A stretch of DNA of 64,000 nt from a virus. Positions 46,084 through 53,120 of this stretch are shown piece by piece. The stretch is from positions 1-64,000 of IMG/VR virus record IMGVR_UViG_3300050821_001428; one strand, written 5' to 3'. Numbering within the stretch: position 1 is the stretch's first letter; each line of letters opens with the position of its first letter. A program made the position numbers and the translations under genes. Below the pieces are notes generated by a model. It was given only the letters and a program-made list of their open reading frames with translations, had not been told where the DNA came from and did not search any database.

Positions 46084-46154
46084 CTGGAGAATAGGGATTC
46101 GAACCCCAATAGACGGTGCCAAAAACCGTCGTCTTGCCTTTAGACGATTCTCCA
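46084..46154 (-). tRNA. tRNA-Gln(TTG)
   Basis: ACGGT-TTTTGGC-ACCGT; U1-A72. Confidence 0.9.
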
Positions 46155-46170
46155 GTGATTTGTAAAATAC

Positions 46171-46461
46171 TTAATTGTTTAGTTTTCCAGGTTCAACGTT
46201 TGTCGTTGTCGCTGAATCTAGTATAGCAACTTCCTGATCAGAGTCAAGCTTTTTTGCGGGTTTGGGGGTTTTGGTTTTTAGCAACAACTCTTCAAGGATA
46301 TCTCGCTGACGCTGATTATACGGTTGGTTCTTAGTATTGAGAACTATAACACGATAATCGGCAGGGACATCTTGTGATTGACTCCATTTAGTCGCCTTTG
46401 CCGGGTCATGAGTTGTGTAACATGACACGCCACTCTTATAAAATACGCTGTAAATCTTCAT
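46171..46461 (-). CDS. hypothetical protein
   Basis: 96 aa; TAATATATGA motif 2 nt upstream. Confidence 0.6.
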   Translation of the reverse strand: MKIYSVFYKSGVSCYTTHDPAKATKWSQSQDVPADYRVIVLNTKNQPYNQRQRDILEELLLKTKTPKPAKKLDSDQEVAILDSATTTNVEPGKLNN

Positions 46462-46502
46462 ATCATATATTATGTACCGAACTTAGGGTTCGCCATATTT
46501 GA

Positions 46503-46577
46503 TTGCCCCTCTAGGGGTCGAACCTAGATAACTCCTGGTTCAGAGCCAGGCGAGTCTGCCAATTCCTCCAAGGGGCA
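46503..46577 (-). tRNA. tRNA-Gln(CTG)
   Basis: CCTGG-CTCTGAA-CCAGG. Confidence 0.9.
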
Positions 46578-46583
46578 TTAGTA

Positions 46584-46659
46584 TGGCAGAGACAGGATTC
46601 GAACCTGTGATCTCCTGCGTATGAGACAGGCGGGGACGGCCTTACTCCCCTACTCCGCG
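46584..46659 (-). tRNA. tRNA-Met(CAT), initiator-like (C1:C72 mismatch)
   Basis: CCTGT-CTCATAC-GCAGG; 5' CGCGG. Confidence 0.8.
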
Positions 46660-46717
46660 TCGAGCCAAGTTGATATCGCTCAACTTGGAAAGCGCAAGTC
46701 TGTTGCTAGATTATAGC

Positions 46718-47053
46718 TCAGACCGCATGGGTGCCTTCGACACCACGGGCTTCACGCGCGGTGGTGCGCTCTTGTAACTTATCAAGAGCCTCCCCAAGCA
46801 GTACGAGTGCCTGCGCGTTGTAATCGCAGGCGAACTTGGTTGATTGGTAGAACTCAATCCGGTCGACAGCGGCGGCGATCACGCCCTCTACAAACGCACC
46901 GTTCGGCTCTAGGCGGACCCCGCCGCGCGTGAGCATGTGTTCGGCAAGCGGCCCGTTCTGCCATCCGATCGTAAAGCCGACGCCGTAGGTCGTGCCACCG
47001 GCTGGATTTCCGTCGTCGTCAGTGAAGTGATGGCTCTCGATTGTCTGCAACAT
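46718..47053 (-). CDS. Tad1-family cyclic-nucleotide sponge-like anti-defence protein
   Basis: WQNGP...NG...E.VI....DRIEFYQ..KFAC..N..AL..L.EAL..L..RT..R..RGVEGT; RBS AAGGAG; start ATG 47053. Confidence 0.7.
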   Translation of the reverse strand: MLQTIESHHFTDDDGNPAGGTTYGVGFTIGWQNGPLAEHMLTRGGVRLEPNGAFVEGVIAAAVDRIEFYQSTKFACDYNAQALVLLGEALDKLQERTTAREARGVEGTHAV

Positions 47054-47124
47054 CACAGTAACTCCTTTTCTCTCGATTAACGAAATATTGTCAGTATATC
47101 TTTCATCTTGATTGAATTGTACAG

Positions 47125-47208
47125 TGCCGATGGAGGGAGTCGAACCCTCACGTCTGTCAAGACACTGGGATTTGAAGCCAGCATGTATACCAATTTCATC
47201 ACATCGGC
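47125..47208 (-). tRNA. tRNA-Leu(CAA)
   Basis: loop TTCAAAT; long variable arm. Confidence 0.85.
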
Positions 47209-47277
47209 TTGTCTGGTTGCGTGATTTTATCAAGCTAGCATCATATTATTACACGCCATTACCTGCTGCCACGACCA

Positions 47278-47316
47278 TAGCACCACGGAGAATCGAACTC
47301 CGATTACAAGATTGAA
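47278..47316 (-). pseudogene. 3' half of a tRNA (TTC anticodon remnant)
   Basis: TTCAATCTTG...CGGAGTTCGATTCTCCG-TGGTGCTA; 5' half missing. Confidence 0.6.
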
Positions 47317-47323
47317 CTATTTA

Positions 47324-47397
47324 TAGCTCCAGCGGGGTTCGAACCCGCAATCTTTTCCTTGAAAGGGAAACGAGATAAACCATTACTCTATGGAGCC
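47324..47397 (-). tRNA. tRNA-Glu(TTC)
   Basis: TTTCC-CTTTCAA-GGAAA. Confidence 0.85.
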
Positions 47398-47420
47398 AAG
47401 ATTTTCTAGTACGACCTACA

Positions 47421-47451
47421 AGTATAGCAGAGGGCGCTCATACAGTGTCAA
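47421..47451 (-). promoter_or_regulatory. internal promoter of the tRNA array
   Basis: TTGACA-N19 with extended -10 TGcTATACT. Confidence 0.55.
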
Positions 47452-47541
47452 TTTCCGCATCGCTTGTATCTAGGTGCCATATTTTCATCCACAAAGAAAT
47501 ACCACCGACTCTTTTGATGAATTTATCAGGCCGGATTACGA

Positions 47542-47762
47542 CCCTACAACGCTCCAAGGTTTGAGGTTATCGCACGATCCGCCCGGTTCCTGCGCTCCCT
47601 CTTAGTAGGCCCAGATACCCTGGGTTCGGTGCGAGAATTTTGGCCCGGCGTGTTCCGGATCAAGTCTCGCCCGACAGCACTGTGCCGGTTCGTCATGAAA
47701 ATCATGTAGCACATGTGTTGGGCGGCAAGTTCGATAACTTCAAACCTTGGAGCGTTGTAGGG
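47542..47762. mobile_element. 221-bp element bounded by 31-bp inverted repeats (MITE/invertible-like)
   Basis: CCCTACAACGCTCCAAGGTTTGA(G/A)GTTATCG at 47542-47572 and inverted at 47732-47762 (30/31). Confidence 0.6.
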
Positions 47763-47841
47763 GAAGCTTTTCAAGGCTCGCATTTTCCTGACAACAGTCC
47801 AGATGAGAGGAATCGAACCTCCACCGGGGGTTAGCCCGTAA

Positions 47842-47931
47842 CGGAAGGTACGGGGATCGAACCCGTAAGGCACTTTCGTGCTCGTCACTTTTCGAGAGTG
47901 GTCCCATCGCCAACCATTGGGTTGCCCTTCC
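47842..47931 (-). tRNA. tRNA-Ser(CGA)
   Basis: CACT-CTCGAAA-AGTG; long variable arm; G73. Confidence 0.9.
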
Positions 47932-48120
47932 AAGAATTCATCATTCATTGCATGTTCATATGTGCAATTTATAGTTGATCTACCGTCAAGTTCGCATGGC
48001 ATAACGGTTTAGTAAACCGCTCCAATACCGTTATGGTTATATTTCCTTGGCACCAGTGAGGGGACTTTCACCGCCTATCTGCCCGTGGGCTATTCTAATA
48101 ATTAAACTACACTGATGTAG

Positions 48121-48206
48121 CGGAGGGACAGGGAATCGAACCCTGTGGACGCTCATCACGTTTTATACCGTTTCCAGCGATATTCCTAGCCATTTGGGTT
48201 CCCTCC
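48121..48206 (-). tRNA. tRNA-Ser(GGA)
   Basis: TATCG-CTGGAAA-CGGTA; long variable arm. Confidence 0.8.
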
Positions 48207-48252
48207 AAGTGTACGTTCCCGATGACAATTTAACACACTACTTCGCACTTGG

Positions 48253-48459
48253 CTATTTCTTCAAACAGCATAACTTCAGAGCGTCGAGTCGGGGAGCAGC
48301 ACTGCGTGACGCGCGCGTCCCACCTGCTGCTCGCGGATCATCATCGCGGACGGCATCTCGACGCACGGCAACCGACGACAACGGCTCCTGGGAGCCGTAC
48401 TGATCGAAGAAGCCGATCCGAATGCGCTTCTGGAGCGCACGATCACCGTAGTCAGTCAT
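48253..48459 (-). CDS. GC-rich hypothetical ORF or gene remnant
   Basis: GC-rich insert inside the tRNA array. Confidence 0.35.
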   Translation of the reverse strand: MTDYGDRALQKRIRIGFFDQYGSQEPLSSVAVRRDAVRDDDPRAAGGTRASRSAAPRLDALKLCCLKK

Positions 48460-48649
48460 CAGAACGTGAAGTGTATGCCGTTGTCGGAATCCCGCCAGCC
48501 ACAGCTAGTTTACCAGAACTCATACGCGTAAGCCCTGGTCGAGAATAATATACATCACCGGATTCATATCTACAGTATAGCATATCAGACTAGAGTCGCC
48601 AACTTATGGTGACTCCTCATGCTCCTTCCGCCACAAGGTGGATGAGTCA

Positions 48650-48741
48650 CGGATAGAGTGGGGGTCGAACCCACAAGGGCTTATTCATCCTCGTCGCTTT
48701 TCAAGAGCGATGCCGTCGGCCAACTATCGGCTTGCCTATCC
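48650..48741 (-). tRNA. tRNA-Ser(TGA)
   Basis: TCGCT-CTTGAAA-AGCGA. Confidence 0.9.
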
Positions 48742-48746
48742 ATAAA

Positions 48747-48829
48747 AAGCCAGTGTGAGAATCGAACTCACTCCCCGTTATGGGCGATACGTGTTGCAGA
48801 CGCCGGTGTTACCATTCCACCAACTGGCC
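48747..48829 (-). tRNA. tRNA-Cys(GCA) with a long variable arm
   Basis: GCGT-CTGCAAC-ACGT; U73; extra CCC-ATAAC-GGG arm. Confidence 0.8.
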
Positions 48830-48913
48830 GTTATACCCCAATTCCCCAAAAGGGCTGCTGCCGGTCGAGCTAATATTAGCCTTTACCTACTCGGGGTTTG
48901 ATAGGTAGCAAAG

Positions 48914-48986
48914 CTGCTCAGATAGGACTTGAACCTATAACCATCGCCTTAACAGGGCGTTGCACCGCCAATTGTGCTACTGAGCA
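48914..48986 (-). tRNA. tRNA-Asn(GTT)
   Basis: CGCC-CTGTTAA-GGCG. Confidence 0.9.
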
Positions 48987-49170
48987 TTGTTATTCCATCT
49001 TCAACTTCCATGTGACAATTTGAACATAATAAAATACATTTACTAGCTTCTGCTCTCATTTTAGCTAATCCAGGGATTTTACCCTTCCATGCTAAATGGA
49101 ACAACTTCGTAGTGGGATCTATATGGTGAAAATGTAAGGCTCTCATACATTTATCATATCCGCAAATCAC
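48949..49170 (-). pseudogene. HNH endonuclease, probably 5'-truncated
   Basis: CGY.KC..ALHFHH.DP..K...KCILLCSNCH; in-frame TAG upstream; 3' end runs into tRNA-Asn. Confidence 0.65.
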
Positions 49171-49203
49171 ACAGATTGTCCATAAAACCTATGATCCGTT
49201 AAG

Positions 49204-49293
49204 CAGAGGGTAGGGGATTCGAACCCCTGATACACGTCTAAGGTGTATGACGGTTTAGCAAACCGTTCTCGTCAGCCACTTGAGTAACCCTCT
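49204..49293 (-). tRNA. tRNA-Ser(GCT)
   Basis: ACGGT-TTGCTAA-ACCGT. Confidence 0.9.
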
Positions 49294-49383
49294 GAGACTA
49301 CAGTTCGATGACCACTGGTACACAATTAAGGTACGTCAATTTAGCAAACTGATGCAATCGGCCTCTCTGCCAACCTTCCAATA

Positions 49384-50046
49384 CTATACTTCAATCATTA
49401 CCGGTGAATTAAGCGGTTGGTAACGTGCATCCATTATAGCAACATTCCAAACTTCGGTTTCGCCTAATTCGTAATGGCCGAATCCTTCATGAATATGCCC
49501 ACAAATGACATGCTTAGGTTTAATATCCCTAATCATCATGTCACACTGTGCCGATCCCACATGAGGATGTAGTGCGCTGATAACCTTGTCCGCTACTCCA
49601 TAAGGAGGTCCGTGGGTTATAACTACATCCGTATCGGTATCTACGGCCTTATACTTCTCGCTTAGAGTAGCATTATCTCCGTAAAACGCCCAACCCTTTA
49701 GATTGGGAACCCATGGAATACCATAGAATCGAATATCATCTACAATGATAGCCTCATCCTCAAGATAAGTCCATCCTACATCGTAGGTAGTGTCCTTTGC
49801 ATCACCAAATACTGCGTATCTATTCTCCAGAGCGAAATCATGGTTACCAGCGATTACCAATCGGTGTTTTGCTGGCATTTTCATGGTCCAGTCTGAAAAT
49901 TCATTTCTAATCCAACTAGTACAACGATCGGTATCACGATCGTACCGAATCGGACTAATATCCCCCGCTACCACCAGAATATCGGATTCTGGAACCGCTA
50001 CAGGCAAATAGCCATGTAGATCCGAAAGAGCACAAATTGTTGTCAT
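49384..50046 (-). CDS. metallophosphoesterase
   Basis: SDLHG, AGDI, AGNHD, THGPP and CGHIHE. Confidence 0.9.
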   Translation of the reverse strand: MTTICALSDLHGYLPVAVPESDILVVAGDISPIRYDRDTDRCTSWIRNEFSDWTMKMPAKHRLVIAGNHDFALENRYAVFGDAKDTTYDVGWTYLEDEAIIVDDIRFYGIPWVPNLKGWAFYGDNATLSEKYKAVDTDTDVVITHGPPYGVADKVISALHPHVGSAQCDMMIRDIKPKHVICGHIHEGFGHYELGETEVWNVAIMDARYQPLNSPVMIEV

Positions 50047-50057
50047 TTTTCCTTAAG

Positions 50058-50427
50058 TGGACCTGCTCGCATCGAAGCGAGGTGGCCCGTAATCGTCATC
50101 AGAGATTTAGTATAGCATCTTTCTAGGACAAGAGTTACTTCAAGGACAAGCAGAGCTTGTCTCCACCAACTTAGTCTACATCTTAGGGGCGACTAGTAAC
50201 CCCGATTCCTATGCTTCTGTTGACAGGTGCATAGACCCCGTTCTGGCTATTTAAGCAAGAACAGAAAGAACTTCACTTGCACGGATCTCGCTCTTTGCAG
50301 AGAAAGCGCCAGCAGGGATGTTCATAGGACGATATGATTCGCCAGTTAATTGTTTTGCGAGATTTAGGTGTCTCAAAACCGATGCAATTCTTAATTCGTT
50401 TTTACGAGATCGAAACCTTTCAGGCCC
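50058..50427 (-). ncRNA. ssrA: tmRNA
   Basis: 5' GGGCCTGAAAGGTTTCGA pairs with 3' CAGGTCC-A giving G3:U70; T-arm CTCGC-TTCGAT-GCGAG; internal tag ORF ending VLA-stop at 50251. Confidence 0.85.
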
Positions 50428-50462
50428 GTTGAAGAGAGGCAGCTTGTAATTGTAATTTGCTA

Positions 50463-50882
50463 TCATTTTTTACGTTGGTCGATACGTCTACACTCTTTGC
50501 ATTTATGTCTAGGTCTAAATGACCCATCTTTATTTGGCTCAGTATGTAAACTAAAATTATCCACAGGCAAAAATTGCTGATGCCCATGACACCACCACAT
50601 CCCTTCGGGATAATTGTTTTTATGTGGTGCTTGATTTCTTTTAATATTACAATTAAGATGTGAAAATGCAATGTTATCTAAATCCCAAAATAGATCATCA
50701 GGATTTTGAAGCCAAGGGATTTTGTGTTCAACAGATAATTCCTGAGCACACTCAATCGGTTTTTCACATACAAAACAAATATCTCTTCCGCTCTGTTGTA
50801 CAAGTTGGAAAAATATTTGTTTTCTGAGTCGAGCATAGGCAGTTGTAGTATACATACCTAACATGCTACGATAGCGTTCCAA
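50463..50882 (-). CDS. HNH endonuclease-like protein
   Basis: CFVC...SVEHKIPW...NIAFSH..CN plus a C-terminal zinc finger; start uncertain. Confidence 0.7.
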   Translation of the reverse strand: MERYRSMLGMYTTTAYARLRKQIFFQLVQQSGRDICFVCEKPIECAQELSVEHKIPWLQNPDDLFWDLDNIAFSHLNCNIKRNQAPHKNNYPEGMWWCHGHQQFLPVDNFSLHTEPNKDGSFRPRHKCKECRRIDQRKK

Positions 50883-50935
50883 AGATTTAGATTCTTATTT
50901 CATCATCTATTATATCTATGGACTATTACATTTCT

Positions 50936-51006
50936 GTAACTATAACGGTCCTAAGTAGAAATCCTACCTACACGGTAATAGCGTAACATAACTTCGAACG
51001 CTGCCC
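50936..51006 (+). other. 23S rRNA helix 69-70-like sequence fragment
   Basis: exact GTAACTATAACGGTCCTAAG, then colinear CCTACCTACACG and AATAGCGTAAC (compare CCGACCTGCACG and AATGGCGTAAC). Confidence 0.75.
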
Positions 51007-51024
51007 ATTTTTGCTACCTCTCAG

Positions 51025-51096
51025 TAGACAGAGAGGGATTCGAACCCTCAACCTCCCGCATGTCAAGCGGGTGCGCTACCATTGCGCTATCCGTCT
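51025..51096 (-). tRNA. tRNA-Val(GAC)
   Basis: CCCGC-TTGACAT-GCGGG. Confidence 0.9.
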
Positions 51097-51112
51097 GATT
51101 ACTACTTGTAAG

Positions 51113-51185
51113 TACCCAATCTGTGAATCGAACACAGTCAATAGGGGCATGTAAAGCCCTTGCCGTCCCATCTGGCTCATCGGGT
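51113..51185 (-). tRNA. tRNA-Val(TAC)
   Basis: AGGGC-TTTACAT-GCCCC. Confidence 0.8.
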
Positions 51186-51222
51186 ATGGTGGGCAAGCAA
51201 GCTTTTGAACTACACTTGCCCT

Positions 51223-51273
51223 TGGCCGCATCCGGGAGGATTTCAACCTCGCCTACAGAACTAAATCGGATGC
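51223..51273 (-). ncRNA. anticodon-less tRNA-like minihelix
   Basis: GCATCCG/CGGATGC acceptor-like stem, GAGG-TTGAAAT-CCTC T-arm, 3' GGCCA. Confidence 0.45.
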
Positions 51274-51305
51274 TTTATTGAGGGTGGGTGGTCCCCCATC
51301 CTCAG

Positions 51306-51377
51306 CGGTTCTAGAGAGAATTGAACTCTCGTATGAGGCTTGACAAGCCCCCGTAATATCCACTATACGATAGAACC
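51306..51377 (-). tRNA. tRNA-Asp(GTC)
   Basis: GGGGC-TTGTCAA-GCCTC; G73. Confidence 0.9.
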
Positions 51378-51386
51378 TAATTGTAA

Positions 51387-51457
51387 CACCCCATCAAGGT
51401 AACGCTCCCTGGTCTTCGGGTTTGGAAGCCGACGTTTTGCTATTAAACTAATGAGGT
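51387..51457 (-). tRNA. tRNA-Trp(CCA), atypical T-loop
   Basis: loop TTCCAAA; T-loop AGCGTTA; acceptor ACCTCAT/ATGGGGT. Confidence 0.7.
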
Positions 51458-51663
51458 TTTAAGAGGCCAAGACCATAGGTAATCTACCTTCCAAGCACTA
51501 CCTGGGTCTTAATGACCTACAGTAATAATAAACACTGATCGCACCCCTGAGTAGCAGTCAATAAGGAATTGTCCACATAGTGCCAGCTATATAGGTTTCA
51601 GAGAATACAGCCCTGGCAGGCTAATCTCTTGCGATGGCGAGTTATGTACTGGTCGCCACAGTA

Positions 51664-51715
51664 AGACTGCATTCGGATTTGAGCCGAAATGCGCTACCCA
51701 TCGTAGCATGCAGCC
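51664..51715 (-). ncRNA. tRNA-like element lacking the anticodon arm
   Basis: GGCTGCA/TGCAGTC acceptor; GCTAC-GATGG-GTAGC arm; TTCGG-CTCAAAT-CCGAA T-arm. Confidence 0.5.
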
Positions 51716-51839
51716 GAAAAATAAGTAGGCATCCTCTGTTCTAGACCAGAGCCTTTTGGTTATTCTTGAGCGCCTATGTCAAGGTTTTCCATATCTAGGA
51801 CTTTAAACCGACAGAGCTTTTCCCTTGAACCTACTTATA

Positions 51840-51911
51840 AGCCAACTATGAGAGTCGAACTCATTCTTTCTACTTACGGGGTAGACGTGCTTCCGTTGGC
51901 ACTCAGTTGGC
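51840..51911 (-). tRNA. tRNA-Thr(CGT)
   Basis: TCTAC-CCCGTAA-GTAGA. Confidence 0.8.
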
Positions 51912-51920
51912 GGCGGGCTA

Positions 51921-51993
51921 TCAGAGATGAGAGATTTGAACTCCCGATAAATGCTCCCAAAGCACTTGTGTTACCAGACTACACTAATCTCTG
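51921..51993 (-). tRNA. tRNA-Pro(TGG)
   Basis: AGTGC-TTTGGGA-GCATT; C1-G72. Confidence 0.85.
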
Positions 51994-52226
51994 TTTTGGT
52001 CCCAATGTATCGCCCTATTGGCTTGACGACTCCTAGAACATTGGGACCATAGACCCATACCGAAAGGTATAAAATAGGGCCTATTTCGTTATATAGGTGC
52101 TATATAAGGTTGGGTGGAGAATTACCTCACTCGCTTACTCGCTACTTGTTCGCGACAGGCAAAACCCCAACTTTATACGTGAATTTCGTTGGCAACCTGT
52201 TACTTTCACTTTCTTCTAATGACCCA

Positions 52227-52279
52227 TGGAAGATAAGGGAGTCGAACCCCTTCGCACACTAATTAATATCTTAGTCCCC
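52227..52279 (-). pseudogene. Ala-like tRNA remnant/minihelix without an anticodon arm
   Basis: 5' GGGG...AAGGGGTTCGACTCCCTT-ATCTTCCA. Confidence 0.45.
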
Positions 52280-52294
52280 ATCATAAATAGATAG

Positions 52295-52371
52295 TGGAGG
52301 ATATCGGATTCGAACCGATGCAAAAACCCACGGTGCAAACGTAGTGCTCTCCCAAACTGAGCTAATCCCCC
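52295..52371 (-). tRNA. tRNA-Ala(TGC)
   Basis: CTACG-TTTGCAC-CGTGG; G3:U70. Confidence 0.9.
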
Positions 52372-52388
52372 AAGAAGGATAATAAAAA

Positions 52389-53120
52389 ATGAAAATTAAA
52401 ACTGTTGAAGTTGTTTGTGATGGTTGTGGTCAACTTTTTGACCGATATATAGGCGAAGTAAAACGTTCTCAACGCAAACATATGAAAATGTATTGCGCGC
52501 AATCTTGCACAGCAAGATATCGTGTCCGACCCATTACTATACACGAACCTAATGTAATCTGCGCCCATTGTAATAAAGCATTTTACAAAAACCCCTCATC
52601 TTTGAGTAATTCAAAATCTGGCTTATTCTTCTGTTGTCGGGAGCACAAAGATATATCGCAACGTATAGGTAATTTACACGCGATACGGGAGATAATGCCC
52701 AATCATTATGGAACAGATCCCAATAAAAATATTAATTATAGAAAACTTGCTTTCGATCATTTACCTAATGAATGTGAAATTTGTCAATGGAAGGAATATC
52801 CCAATGTTTTAATTGTTCATCACAAAGATCGAAACAGGAATAATAATGTCCTCGAAAATTTACAAATTATTTGTCCAACACATCATGATGTAGACCATTA
52901 TTTACAAAAGGATGGACGCTTTACAACAGGACGCCGTCATACCGGAATCAATCGCTCTCAAATCAAATGGCCACCCATTCCTTGGCTTTTAGAACGTTCT
53001 AATCAAATTGGAGTCCGTCAGACCGCGCTTGAGATTAATGTATCAGATACTGGTTTACGTCACTATTTACGTAGAAATGGTATTGACCCACCAGATTTTC
53101 GAGGTAGAAAACATACATAA
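52389..53120 (+). CDS. HNH homing endonuclease with zinc ribbons and a C-terminal HTH
   Basis: CEIC...VHHKDRNRNNN.LENLQIICPTHH; the only plus-strand gene in the array; RBS AAGGA. Confidence 0.85.
   Translation: MKIKTVEVVCDGCGQLFDRYIGEVKRSQRKHMKMYCAQSCTARYRVRPITIHEPNVICAHCNKAFYKNPSSLSNSKSGLFFCCREHKDISQRIGNLHAIREIMPNHYGTDPNKNINYRKLAFDHLPNECEICQWKEYPNVLIVHHKDRNRNNNVLENLQIICPTHHDVDHYLQKDGRFTTGRRHTGINRSQIKWPPIPWLLERSNQIGVRQTALEINVSDTGLRHYLRRNGIDPPDFRGRKHT

Noticed and set aside
47544-48002. 152-aa ORF, and the long N-terminal extension of 46718-47233
   Set aside because: Both run through tRNA genes; the Tad1-like gene has its own RBS and ATG at 47053
50251-50466. 71-aa ORF
   Set aside because: It is the tmRNA tag reading frame extended upstream, not a separate gene
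18065-50995. loxP-like ATAACTTC at 18065, 47734, 48270 and 50988
   Set aside because: An AT-rich 8-mer is expected a few times by chance; there is no 13-bp arm/spacer layout and no tyrosine recombinase in the window
50936-51006. A true rRNA gene
   Set aside because: Only about 70 nt and degenerate beyond the 20-nt core; reported as a fragment instead
42033-52226. Minus-strand (sense) resemblance to the 16S decoding region at about 42040-42070 and 52190-52226, and to 16S 960-1100 at about 51775-51820
   Set aside because: Short, gapped matches in the opposite orientation to the stronger H69 hit; not distinguishable from chance by eye, and a warning that the weaker rRNA-like matches need a shuffle test
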